Positions 7,117 to 15,676 of a stretch of 56,526 nt of DNA are shown one piece after another. Made by a program: the position numbers and the translations under genes. The notes beneath the pieces are model-generated. The model was not told where the DNA came from. It was given only the letters and a program-made list of their open reading frames with translations, and made no database searches. The stretch spans positions 1-56,526 of the IMG/VR virus record IMGVR_UViG_3300040806_002135; one strand, given 5' to 3'. Source of the stretch: a virus (Duplodnaviria; Caudoviricetes). The first letter of the stretch is position 1. Every line of letters begins with the position of its first letter.

Positions 7117-8205
7117 CTAAAGCAGATCCACCACCCCTTTCGTATCGTCCGACGTAATCATCGCATAGTGCTTGAGCATCACCGCGACGGAATGCCCTGC
7201 AACGTTGGCGACCAGTTCCGCCCTGCCGCCGGACTCCAAGAGCATCTTGGTGATCCCTGCGGCACGAATCCCATGCAGGGGTTTTGGCCCAACGATCCCC
7301 AGTTCGGCGCAGCGCCGCCGGAACACTTGGGTCAGCGCCCATGCCGAGGCATACGCTGGATTCCCATGACCATCATCCAGCCACCACCTCTCCGCTGGTT
7401 TCCGTCTCTTCCGATCCGCCGCCACCAACTGCCGTAGGTGGAGGCCGATGGGGATGCGCCGTTGCTGTCTAGTCTTGACGGTCCACTCCAGTTGGGGGAC
7501 ATCCTCGACCAGGATGATCCCCTCTTCCAGCCGCACGTTGGCTAGCGGCAGGGACCAGATCTCGCCGGATCGCATGACGGCGTACCGTGCCAGCCAGAAG
7601 ATCCGCAGCCAGTCCTCGTTCCCCTTGTTCTGAAGTTCTTCTTCCAGTGCATCCAGTTGTTGAGTCGAGTAGATGCTGGGGTTGCGTTGGAACACCCTGC
7701 GTTTCTTGAGTCGGAGTGGTCGGGGCAGCAGGTTCTGATCGTAGAGCCAGTTGGCAAAGACCTGCAGGCTGCGTTGGTCCTTGGCGACGGTGGCATCGGA
7801 AGCGCCCTTGGAGAGCCGGACGTTGACAAAGCGGGTATTGGCTTCCGCATCAAAGAACTTGATGGAGTGATCCCCATTGATCTGGACCCAGAGAACGATG
7901 GCCCGTTTGTACTCGGTGAGGGTACGGGGGGCCAGCAGGTTTTCCAGGCTATCGATCCAGCGGGAGGCAGCGTTGGCAAAGAGGATGGGTTCGGCTCCCT
8001 CCCCTTGCTCCCCCAGCAGTTTCTTTCGGAGGGCGGCTTCTATTTGATGATAGGTGTAGTCCAGATCTTCCCGTGTGATGGAGGGGTGATCTTCGATGAG
8101 ATCCTTGACGGGGGGTCGTTTCCCAGGCTGTTTCAGTTTCCAGAAGCGTCCGCACCACATCTTACGTCGGACATCGTAGAAGACATCTTCCCTTTGTCTG
8201 CCCAT
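7117..8205 (-). CDS. int: Tyrosine recombinase / phage integrase
   Basis: Catalytic set: MRSGEI (R), VKT (K), LHGIR (HxxR), AGHS (H), KHYA (Y); core-binding domain LAPRTLTEY. Confidence 0.92.
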   Translation of the reverse strand: MGRQREDVFYDVRRKMWCGRFWKLKQPGKRPPVKDLIEDHPSITREDLDYTYHQIEAALRKKLLGEQGEGAEPILFANAASRWIDSLENLLAPRTLTEYKRAIVLWVQINGDHSIKFFDAEANTRFVNVRLSKGASDATVAKDQRSLQVFANWLYDQNLLPRPLRLKKRRVFQRNPSIYSTQQLDALEEELQNKGNEDWLRIFWLARYAVMRSGEIWSLPLANVRLEEGIILVEDVPQLEWTVKTRQQRRIPIGLHLRQLVAADRKRRKPAERWWLDDGHGNPAYASAWALTQVFRRRCAELGIVGPKPLHGIRAAGITKMLLESGGRAELVANVAGHSVAVMLKHYAMITSDDTKGVVDLL

Positions 8206-8208
8206 GTT

Positions 8209-8943
8209 TCAATAACTCAACATATGGGACACCCAAAGTAACCTTCCCAATACTCTGAAAGCACTTTCATCAGCTTCAGTCACCGTTTGTTCACGATACT
8301 GTTGATTGTCACTTATTAGAAGAATGGTGTTATCCAATTGTCGCTGGAGTCGTTTGATCAGTAAGGATTCGTACAACTGGATGAGATAAATCCCATCACC
8401 TCGGTACTGTTGATCCATCGTGACAACGACATAATCCCCGCTGGAAATCGTGGGAGACATCGAATCGCCTTCAGCGCAGAAAGCGGCAAGTTTGTTTTGA
8501 TCGAACCTGCGGAAACCCGATTGGTAAATATTGTAAGGGATGGGTAGATGTCCGGTAATGAATCCTTCCTGTTCCACGAAGTTGCCGCCACCCATGCTGG
8601 GGACAGCATCGAAGATTGGGACGGGCACACTGGCAATCGGCTTGCCGTTGCGTTCTTCGTGGACAGCGGAATTCGCGAGGATTTGGAGGGTTTCACGGAC
8701 AGCGTCAGCGGTTAGTTTTTCCCAGTCAGGCTCTTCGCCATCGCCAGACATTAGCCACTTTTCGCTAACAGAGAATAGATGTGAGATCAGACGAGCAGTA
8801 GAACGATCCAAATCTTGAGCGGTTTCAAGTCTAGACATTTTCCGTTGGGAGATACCGATTTTCTTTGCAAATTCAGCTTGAGATAGGTCAACCGCCTTGC
8901 GAACAGACCGAACACGTCTAGCAGATTCAGATACTGGAGTCAT
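8209..8943 (-). CDS. cI: CI-like repressor (HTH plus S24 autopeptidase)
   Basis: LSQAEFAKKIGISQRKMSRLE HTH; GDSMSPTI and LIKRLQ Ser-Lys dyad. Confidence 0.93.
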   Translation of the reverse strand: MTPVSESARRVRSVRKAVDLSQAEFAKKIGISQRKMSRLETAQDLDRSTARLISHLFSVSEKWLMSGDGEEPDWEKLTADAVRETLQILANSAVHEERNGKPIASVPVPIFDAVPSMGGGNFVEQEGFITGHLPIPYNIYQSGFRRFDQNKLAAFCAEGDSMSPTISSGDYVVVTMDQQYRGDGIYLIQLYESLLIKRLQRQLDNTILLISDNQQYREQTVTEADESAFRVLGRLLWVSHMLSY

Positions 8944-9208
8944 AATGGCTCAAAAAGAATAGTGTTTTTCCAAAATTGGGCACAACGTTTACTAGCAATG
9001 ATTTGTCTGAAGTACTTCATTTTAACCTTTAAAATGAGTGCTTTAACAAAATTAAACGCATTGTCTAATTTTGTTGTTGCAAAAAAGAACAATGAGTCTA
9101 GAATTGTCTAGACAAAGCTAGTCAACAATATTGACTAACCGTCTAATAAGGTACTAACTCTTTGCTAGACGATCAAGGTATTTCTGAAAAATTTTTGTAA
9201 CATTTTGC
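8944..9208. promoter_or_regulatory. Divergent lysis/lysogeny control region with operators
   Basis: AT-rich gap between cI and the replication operon; TTGCAA-N16-TAGAAT (9077-9104); palindrome TTGTCTAGACAA 9104-9115; IR TAGTCAA-N5-TTGACTA 9119-9137. Confidence 0.75.
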
Positions 9209-9982
9209 ATGTCTAACTGGGAGTTCTTGTCAGCAAGCCGTCTCAATAGTGAATGTCCGGCTTCGCTGAACTATCGCTACAACGAAGGAATCAAATCCCC
9301 CGACAACGTCTACCAGATTTTGGGAGACGCTGGAGAAGCAGGGATTGAGGCAATCCTTCGCAACCACAGCAGTAGCACCCACCACCCCCACCTAGCGGAG
9401 GCGGAGGTGTGGGCAACGATCAAGCGCCGGTGTGAGGAAACCGGCGTAGAGGCCCCCGCTGATGAGGACGTGGTCCGTGTAATTGCTGCGGTCGAGCAGT
9501 TCCAGCCTGCCACGGACTACGTTCTCAGGAGTTCCCAGGAGAAGATTCTTCTGGAGACACCCAGATTACCGATGCCTGTGATTGGTTATCTGGATTTCCG
9601 TGGTGAGGAGGGAGGAGAGGTGGTCATTGATGACGTGAAGGTGTCCAGCGCCAGACTGAGTAAGCCCAAGCCGGAATGGATTCTCCAGTTGGGCGTATAT
9701 GCGTTGGCAGTGAAGATCTCGCATGGACTTTCCTCTCTTCCTCGCACACGGATCATCTTTCTGAACCGGAGCAGCAAGCCGTCTTGTTCGGTATTGGAAG
9801 TGGAACACACGGTGGAATCGCTCTCCAACATCTTTCTCCGCGCCAGCCAGATCCAACGCTATCTGGAATTGGACTGGTGGCCACCCAACCGCAGTTCACA
9901 GTTCTGTAACGAACGAAACTGTGCTTTTTGGTATCGCTGCCACAGCGATCACCTCATCCCTTATTCAGAAATCGTCTCATGA
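9209..9982 (+). CDS. PD-(D/E)XK exonuclease (RecB/Cas4-like, probable Fe-S staple)
   Basis: LSASRL..ECP, GYLD, IDDVK, QLGVY, C-terminal C....C....C. Confidence 0.85.
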   Translation: MSNWEFLSASRLNSECPASLNYRYNEGIKSPDNVYQILGDAGEAGIEAILRNHSSSTHHPHLAEAEVWATIKRRCEETGVEAPADEDVVRVIAAVEQFQPATDYVLRSSQEKILLETPRLPMPVIGYLDFRGEEGGEVVIDDVKVSSARLSKPKPEWILQLGVYALAVKISHGLSSLPRTRIIFLNRSSKPSCSVLEVEHTVESLSNIFLRASQIQRYLELDWWPPNRSSQFCNERNCAFWYRCHSDHLIPYSEIVS

Positions 9983-10251
9983 ATTTGAAGCGATGCCCTC
10001 ACTGCCACCGTTCCCTGCGGGGCAATTACAAGGATTCGATCTCCTCCCTGATCAAAGGCTTGGGGATCACCAAAACCAAGTTTGCCGAAGATCTGGGAAC
10101 CAGCCGTTGGTTGGTACACCAGTGGATCAACGGGAAAGTCAACCCTGGACAGGAGTACATACACAGAATTGAGGAAGTCTACAATTTCGTTATACGACCA
10201 AGCTACCCACCGGAAACAGGTTCGGGCCAGCATCACTCGGCAGTTGAATGA
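9979..10251 (+). CDS. Cro-like HTH regulator with N-terminal CxxC
   Basis: ITKTKFAEDLGTSRWLVHQWINGKVNP HTH. Confidence 0.8.
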   Translation: MNLKRCPHCHRSLRGNYKDSISSLIKGLGITKTKFAEDLGTSRWLVHQWINGKVNPGQEYIHRIEEVYNFVIRPSYPPETGSGQHHSAVE

Positions 10252-10511
10252 ACGCCGCCGACGATCAGGTCTTGGGCCTCTTCCAGAGGAACCGCGAACT
10301 TATATCTCAACGGAAAGCCCGGAAATCACGATCACTCCAGCAGGTATGGGAGCATTCCACCGGCTGGTTAACTCCTTCAGAGAGGGAACTTCTGGAGGAA
10401 AATGACCGTCTACCCGATGGATATCGGACAGTAGACGAGAGAAAGCGCGGGTATCGATTGACCCAAGCAAAATTCAAGGAGATCTGCGATGGCAGCAAAA
10501 TTATTGGATGA
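10248..10511 (+). CDS. Hypothetical protein
   Basis: ATGA overlap, operon packing. Confidence 0.65.
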   Translation: MNAADDQVLGLFQRNRELISQRKARKSRSLQQVWEHSTGWLTPSERELLEENDRLPDGYRTVDERKRGYRLTQAKFKEICDGSKIIG

Positions 10512-11250
10512 TTTGATCCGTACCGGATTCAACCATCAGGAACCATTTCTGGTGATCAATGGTCGCCCAGGTGTGGGGAAGTCCACGCTTCTGGCGAACC
10601 TGCCGGATCATCTGATTTTCAATTATGACTTAGGCTTGGGCGAGTTGAACGCCCGTTCGATTGACATGAGTGAGCAGACGTTTGAGGACCAACTGTCCTT
10701 ACTGGAGCAGGTATCTCAGAGGCAGGGGGACATCAAGTGGGTTTGCTTTGACTCAGCAGACAAGATGGAGGTGAAGATCCAAGAGTCGGTCTGTCGGGAT
10801 CATGGTTGGAGCAGCATTGAGGAGCCCGGATATGGCAAGGGCTACATGTACGCCCGTGAGAAGAACGCCAAATTCCTGCGCTACACCAAGAGGTTGCAGC
10901 AGAAAGGATTTGGGATTGCGATTTCCTGCCATGCGGCCATCCGCTCACTGAACGAGCCCCATCTGGGCGAATCCTACGATCTGTACACCAGTAAGTTGCA
11001 CAAGCACATCGCGGCGGATCTTTATGAGGCCGCAGACGCAATCCTCTTTGCGACCATCAAGACATCTGTCCAGAAGAAAACAGGGGATTTCGGCAAGAAG
11101 ACCACCCAGAACGTAGTCAGTGGGGAGCGTATCCTCTACACGCAACCGATGACCGGTGTGGAAGCCAAGAACAGGTTCAACCTCCCATCGGAAATCCCGC
11201 TAGATGCAGAAGCCCTACTCAACCTCATCAGTGAAAACCGCAATCAATAA
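10489..11250 (+). CDS. Sak4-like / AAA_24 recombination ATPase
   Basis: GRPGVGKST Walker A, FDS Walker B, GYGKGY, AKNRF.LP. Confidence 0.88.
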   Translation: MAAKLLDDLIRTGFNHQEPFLVINGRPGVGKSTLLANLPDHLIFNYDLGLGELNARSIDMSEQTFEDQLSLLEQVSQRQGDIKWVCFDSADKMEVKIQESVCRDHGWSSIEEPGYGKGYMYAREKNAKFLRYTKRLQQKGFGIAISCHAAIRSLNEPHLGESYDLYTSKLHKHIAADLYEAADAILFATIKTSVQKKTGDFGKKTTQNVVSGERILYTQPMTGVEAKNRFNLPSEIPLDAEALLNLISENRNQ

Positions 11251-11259
11251 GGAGATCTC

Positions 11260-11772
11260 ATGATCACAGCCGTTGATCCCAGTCGCTCATCCGACACGTT
11301 TGAGTTGCAGCCGAAGCTACCGGCAGGAAAGCACATCCTCCGTTGTGTGCGGCTGTTGGAGGCAAGGAAGGATGGGAGCCACTACACCGACAAGGATGGG
11401 GATCGGAAGTGTCTGGCCATCTTTGAATCGGATTCCTACCCGAACCACGAAGGAATTTTCCAGGCAGTGTATGACTCGCGTCATTCGATTACAACAGATC
11501 GGGATTCCAAGCTAGGCCGGACAGCCAGGTTTGTTGGGCAGTTCATTCATTGTGCTGGCATCCCGCAGATCTCAACGCTGGAAGAAATGGTCGAGTTGAC
11601 GGCCCATGCGAATGTCGTCCACAAGGGTGAGTATGTGAACATCAAGGAGTGGTTCATCCCCTCCTCCTCATCAGGATCACCCAAATCACAAAAGGATCTG
11701 AATGCTCCTGCGACAGAAGATGAGGAGAGCCAGCAGCAGGGCCAACAAAATCCTGACGACGTGCCGTTTTGA
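11260..11772 (+). CDS. ssb: Single-stranded DNA-binding protein (phage type)
   Basis: LPAG.H...C N-terminus, Y.NIK, acidic DDVPF C-terminal tip, follows the Sak4-like gene. Confidence 0.75.
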   Translation: MITAVDPSRSSDTFELQPKLPAGKHILRCVRLLEARKDGSHYTDKDGDRKCLAIFESDSYPNHEGIFQAVYDSRHSITTDRDSKLGRTARFVGQFIHCAGIPQISTLEEMVELTAHANVVHKGEYVNIKEWFIPSSSSGSPKSQKDLNAPATEDEESQQQGQQNPDDVPF

Positions 11773-11774
11773 CG

Positions 11775-12467
11775 ATGGAGTTCAAGCAATCGCACCGCTC
11801 CAACAAGGCGTATACGGAGGAGCGGTCCTGCGTGGTCTGTGGGAAATCGTTCTTCATGAACGCTGCCCGATCCAAAATGACCTGTTCGCACGAATGTCGA
11901 TACGAGCGTCAAAAAGATCGTCAGAAACAAGTCCGGCGGATGGAACGGGAGATGACAAGGCTGGAGGTGTTGAAAAGACCAGCGACCTGTCTGTTCTGTG
12001 GGACACGGTACATGCGGAAAAAGGCTTCCCAGAAGCGTTGTCCAAGTTGTATCGAAAAGCAGGTAACGAGGATTTCGCAGGTTGAGAAAAAGAAGAGCCC
12101 GACGCAGCAGCAAGCAAGAGTTTTTGAAGGAGAAACGCATCAGTACTTCATGAACTCGTTGCGGGAGGCGGACCTGCGTTCGCAGGAACGGTTCTCAGCG
12201 CGGGTCCAGCACGTTGGAACCATCACCGGAGAAACCCAGTACAAGGAGGAGATTGCAAATTTCCTTTCAAAGGGCGGGAAGGTCCGCGTCATTCCGCCCC
12301 AGACGGAGGAATCCTCCTCCACCATTAGTTCAACATCATTCTCATTCAGTCGTTATGGCGAAACCGGCTCATCGACCTTTGGGCTACCGCAGTTCCTGGG
12401 AGGAGCAGTATGCGGAGCATTTGAAGGCTTTGAAAACAGCGGGGACGATCCAATCTTGGGCGTATGA
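11775..12467 (+). CDS. Zinc-finger hypothetical protein
   Basis: CVVCGKSF...CSHEC and CLFCG...CPSC; FLSKGGKV motif. Confidence 0.7.
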   Translation: MEFKQSHRSNKAYTEERSCVVCGKSFFMNAARSKMTCSHECRYERQKDRQKQVRRMEREMTRLEVLKRPATCLFCGTRYMRKKASQKRCPSCIEKQVTRISQVEKKKSPTQQQARVFEGETHQYFMNSLREADLRSQERFSARVQHVGTITGETQYKEEIANFLSKGGKVRVIPPQTEESSSTISSTSFSFSRYGETGSSTFGLPQFLGGAVCGAFEGFENSGDDPILGV

Positions 12468-12678
12468 AGCCGTCCGGTTACGGATCGCAGACAAGGGAGT
12501 CTACACGCCAGATTTCATGGTGGTGACCCCAGAGGAAATTCAGATGCACGAAGTGAAGGGCCAACGTCGGGAAGCTGGAATGGTCCGGCTCCGTACCGCA
12601 GCCCATCAGCATCGATGGGCCAGGTTCTTTTTGGTAACCAAAACCCGTGGGAACTGGGTCATCGAAGAGGTTGCCTAG
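12355..12678 (+). CDS. Small restriction-like endonuclease / putative resolvase
   Basis: S.WE..YA..L, YE, YTPDF, HEVKG PD-(D/E)XK motif. Confidence 0.82.
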   Translation: MAKPAHRPLGYRSSWEEQYAEHLKALKTAGTIQSWAYEAVRLRIADKGVYTPDFMVVTPEEIQMHEVKGQRREAGMVRLRTAAHQHRWARFFLVTKTRGNWVIEEVA

Positions 12679-12689
12679 CACAAAAACAG

Positions 12690-13055
12690 GGAGAATTGCT
12701 GGGGCCAAGGGCGTGGAGTCGCCTCCATAAAAATAGGACTCCTGATTCATTACGCCCAAAGCGATACACAAGCTGTCTTGGCGGTTCTCCAGATCAGAAA
12801 TGAGACGTAACCGGGCTGGCTTTTCGGGGAAGTAGTTGTTGGGCTCCTCGACACAATTCTATGTGCAAGTCAACTCCACGCGAACTTCCTGCCTAGGAAC
12901 AGGAAGGATTTTTGGGAGTCAGTAACCGAAGCAATATGAGGTATTTATGCTATCTGCCTCTACGCTGCGTCTCATGATTTTTTACCGATGGCGGTCAACT
13001 GGTGACGGCTGTTACCTCGGTCACTAGCGAGGTGTTCCTTTCAAAAAATCAGCCA
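12690..13055 (+). ncRNA. Candidate structured non-coding RNA
   Basis: 16-bp G-U-rich stem 12690-12705/12775-12790 with nested stems; ATGAGACGTA 12800-12809/TGCGTCTCAT 12966-12975; no convincing ORF. Confidence 0.45.
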
Positions 13056-13150
13056 GACATGAATACACCGGAAATCAATACTGGGTTCCCCATGCCCTAC
13101 GATGCCGCCATCCCCTCCACCTTCTTACCGACACACTTGTAGGAAATCAA

Positions 13151-13513
13151 ATGGAATATGATTTCACCGTTGATCCAGAAACTCCTCCGAAGGCTCGGTA
13201 CTCCCAGCGAGACGAGGAACTTTTCATTCTGAGAGACATGCCTGCGTATGCCTTGCGGCCAGCCAGCCAGTACCCGTTGGAAACCTACATGACTGGATAC
13301 GTTCGGGCCAGTCGGAAGCGTCGGCGGTTCAACTGGCCGAATGCTCGACCAGAGGTCCTCCGTGATCTGGCGAGTTGGGTGCTGAACAATCCGCCGAAGT
13401 TACGGGTAACGAAGGGCAAGTGGATCATTGAGTATGCGGTGATTCCACCGTTTCAAGAGGTAGCTTCGTTCCGGTTACCGAACGCTTATTTTGACGAACC
13501 GGCAATGGCGTAG
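13151..13513 (+). CDS. Hypothetical protein
   Basis: 120-aa ORF, AGGA RBS. Confidence 0.65.
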   Translation: MEYDFTVDPETPPKARYSQRDEELFILRDMPAYALRPASQYPLETYMTGYVRASRKRRRFNWPNARPEVLRDLASWVLNNPPKLRVTKGKWIIEYAVIPPFQEVASFRLPNAYFDEPAMA

Positions 13514-13515
13514 GG

Positions 13516-13815
13516 ATGCCTGCAGACAAATCGTTGGTGGTTGCAGCCACGCCAGGTCCGTGGGGGGTAGACGCCCGTCGAGACGGCGTCAAGGTCCGTA
13601 CCAAGAGTGGCGAGTTGATTTGTGACTGTGCCACCGTTGGTCGGAGTGCAGCAAAGGATCGTGCGAACGCAAGGCTGATCGCATGTGCGCCTTTGTTCAG
13701 AGACGTGCTACAGCACATGATCAATTATCAGGTGGACTATTCAGAGGACACAGATTGGAACGTCCGCCAGCTTCAACTATTGGCACAGAGGGCCATCACT
13801 GTGGCCCCCAAGTAG
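13516..13815 (+). CDS. Conserved phage protein (TPGPW...ANARLIACAP family)
   Basis: TPGPW and ANARLI.AP motifs. Confidence 0.8.
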   Translation: MPADKSLVVAATPGPWGVDARRDGVKVRTKSGELICDCATVGRSAAKDRANARLIACAPLFRDVLQHMINYQVDYSEDTDWNVRQLQLLAQRAITVAPK

Positions 13816-13851
13816 GGGTCACCAATACATGCTTCAGCATAGGAACCAACT

Positions 13852-14814
13852 ATGAAACTGATGAAGAACACCGTTGCTCCACAGCAGCGCGAGAAAGTAG
13901 GAATTGAAACAGTAACTCCAGAATACGCCAAGCAGTTGTTGGGGAAGAATATATCGAATCGCCCCTTGCGGAGCAAGCATGTGGATTCGATTGCCAGAGA
14001 CATGGCAGCGGGGGCATGGATGCTCAACAATGATGCGATCTGTGTTGCTACCGATGGAACCCTGTTGAATGGTCAGCACCGTCTGAGTGCAGTGGTCAAG
14101 TGTGGGAAACCGATCAAGATGTTGATGGCTTATGGCTTTTCGCCGGAAACTTACAAGGTCTTGGATTCGGGGAAAAAGCGTTCGGTTGCAGACAACATGA
14201 ACATCACGACCAATTTGGCAGCAGCGATCAAGATGGCATTTTCGTTGGCACAGGGGCAGTTCTATAGTGGCAACGACAACCCAAACTTCAAGGAGATCGA
14301 AACTCTGATGAACTCAGAATTCGGAACGATCTACGACACCTTGCCACGTCAGATCAAGACCTTGCCAGGTACATCTGTTCGGGTAGCCGCAATTGCAGCG
14401 ATTCTCAAGGGAGTTGATCCAGCGTATGTAATTCTGGAAATCAACAGCATCAGCAACTTGGATTATGAAAATGTGACCCGTGGAGGGCAGTCGATCCTTC
14501 GATCTTTGCGAAATCCAGTCAGCCTGTTCTATGAAAACAGATCAATCAAAGGAAGAGTGCACAAAGCGGCATACCTGTTCAAACATTTCCAGCAGTTGGA
14601 CCGTGACGTTAAGAATATTCGCATGAGTGATCGGGAGGCAGAAGAAGCCTTAAAGATCATGGGGGCGATGTTCAAGACGTTTTTGGATGAGGCCAAGGCG
14701 GAGGAATCTGGCGAGAAAGCGGTTCTGCGATATGCCTCATCGCCCATGCATGAGAGTTCAATGGGATACTACGACTACTCCTGTGGTTCTTCTCAACAAG
14801 TAGCCGGAGTCTAA
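13852..14814 (+). CDS. ParB/Srx-like N-terminal domain protein
   Basis: VTPEYA..LL..N..NRPL, GTLLNGQHRLSAVV, LDSG..RS. Confidence 0.8.
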   Translation: MKLMKNTVAPQQREKVGIETVTPEYAKQLLGKNISNRPLRSKHVDSIARDMAAGAWMLNNDAICVATDGTLLNGQHRLSAVVKCGKPIKMLMAYGFSPETYKVLDSGKKRSVADNMNITTNLAAAIKMAFSLAQGQFYSGNDNPNFKEIETLMNSEFGTIYDTLPRQIKTLPGTSVRVAAIAAILKGVDPAYVILEINSISNLDYENVTRGGQSILRSLRNPVSLFYENRSIKGRVHKAAYLFKHFQQLDRDVKNIRMSDREAEEALKIMGAMFKTFLDEAKAEESGEKAVLRYASSPMHESSMGYYDYSCGSSQQVAGV

Positions 14815-14816
14815 GC

Positions 14817-15437
14817 ATGATCCTGCCTGACCATAAGCTGTATGAATTCGTCAGGCGGGGTTACCTACCGGAGGATATCCACATAGGCCCCTGCTCAGTG
14901 GATCTCCGGTTGGGAAAACAATTCCGCACATTGGACGTGACAAAACTTCAACATTTCGACTGGCCATGTAGGACGACGCTGGTCGAATCCAATCAATATC
15001 GGTTGCCTTCGGGAGGCTTCCTGTTGGCAACAACAATGGAATCAATCAAGATTCCGAACGGTTACGCCGCCCATGTTCATGGACGCTCCAGCATAGGCCG
15101 GATGGGTCTGCAGATTCAGAACGCTGGTTTTATTGACGCAGGTTTTGAAGGCGAGATCACGCTGGAACTTCACAATCAATCTCCAAACGATATCATGCTC
15201 CGTGCAGGCTGGAGAGTGTGCCAACTCTCCTATCACTGCCTGCAGGAACATGCTCACCATCCCTACGCAGGGAAATATCAGAAGCAGGTTGGCGCGACAG
15301 CCTCAAGGCTGAGAGAGGACTCTGCTGCCAGTGAAAAACAAGTTCCAAAGCCCAGGTTCTGTCCGGGCTTTGAAATAAATACCCGTGCCAGTGGTGAACT
15401 CTGCCGTTGGTGTGGGCTTGACCGCAAAGACCACTAA
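14817..15437 (+). CDS. dcd: dCTP deaminase
   Basis: PCSVDLRLG, GRSSIGRMGL, AGFIDAGFEGEITLEL, Y.GKYQ.Q.G.T.SR. Confidence 0.93.
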   Translation: MILPDHKLYEFVRRGYLPEDIHIGPCSVDLRLGKQFRTLDVTKLQHFDWPCRTTLVESNQYRLPSGGFLLATTMESIKIPNGYAAHVHGRSSIGRMGLQIQNAGFIDAGFEGEITLELHNQSPNDIMLRAGWRVCQLSYHCLQEHAHHPYAGKYQKQVGATASRLREDSAASEKQVPKPRFCPGFEINTRASGELCRWCGLDRKDH

Positions 15438-15441
15438 GAAC

Positions 15442-15669
15442 ATGGAGAAGGTTATGGCAGCAGGAGATCAGATTTTTGATTATGACACCTATGAATTCAC
15501 GATGACCGACGTGACTGGAAAGAAGTTTTCTGTAGCAATGAATCACTGTGGTTCCAGTGAGGAGTTAGAAGAATTCTTCTGTCTAGTCGCAAAAGCCGCT
15601 GGATTCAACTGGGTCAAAAACGTGTACATGATCCCCACCACGGAGGATCTGAACAAATTAGCAGACTAG
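15442..15669 (+). CDS. Hypothetical protein
   Basis: Fills the gap between dcd and the primase. Confidence 0.6.
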   Translation: MEKVMAAGDQIFDYDTYEFTMTDVTGKKFSVAMNHCGSSEELEEFFCLVAKAAGFNWVKNVYMIPTTEDLNKLAD

Positions 15670-15676
15670 GAGGTTC

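Noticed and set aside
9209-9982. CRISPR-associated Cas4
   Set aside because: No cas1/cas2 or array; the context (Sak4-like ATPase, SSB) indicates a recombination exonuclease.
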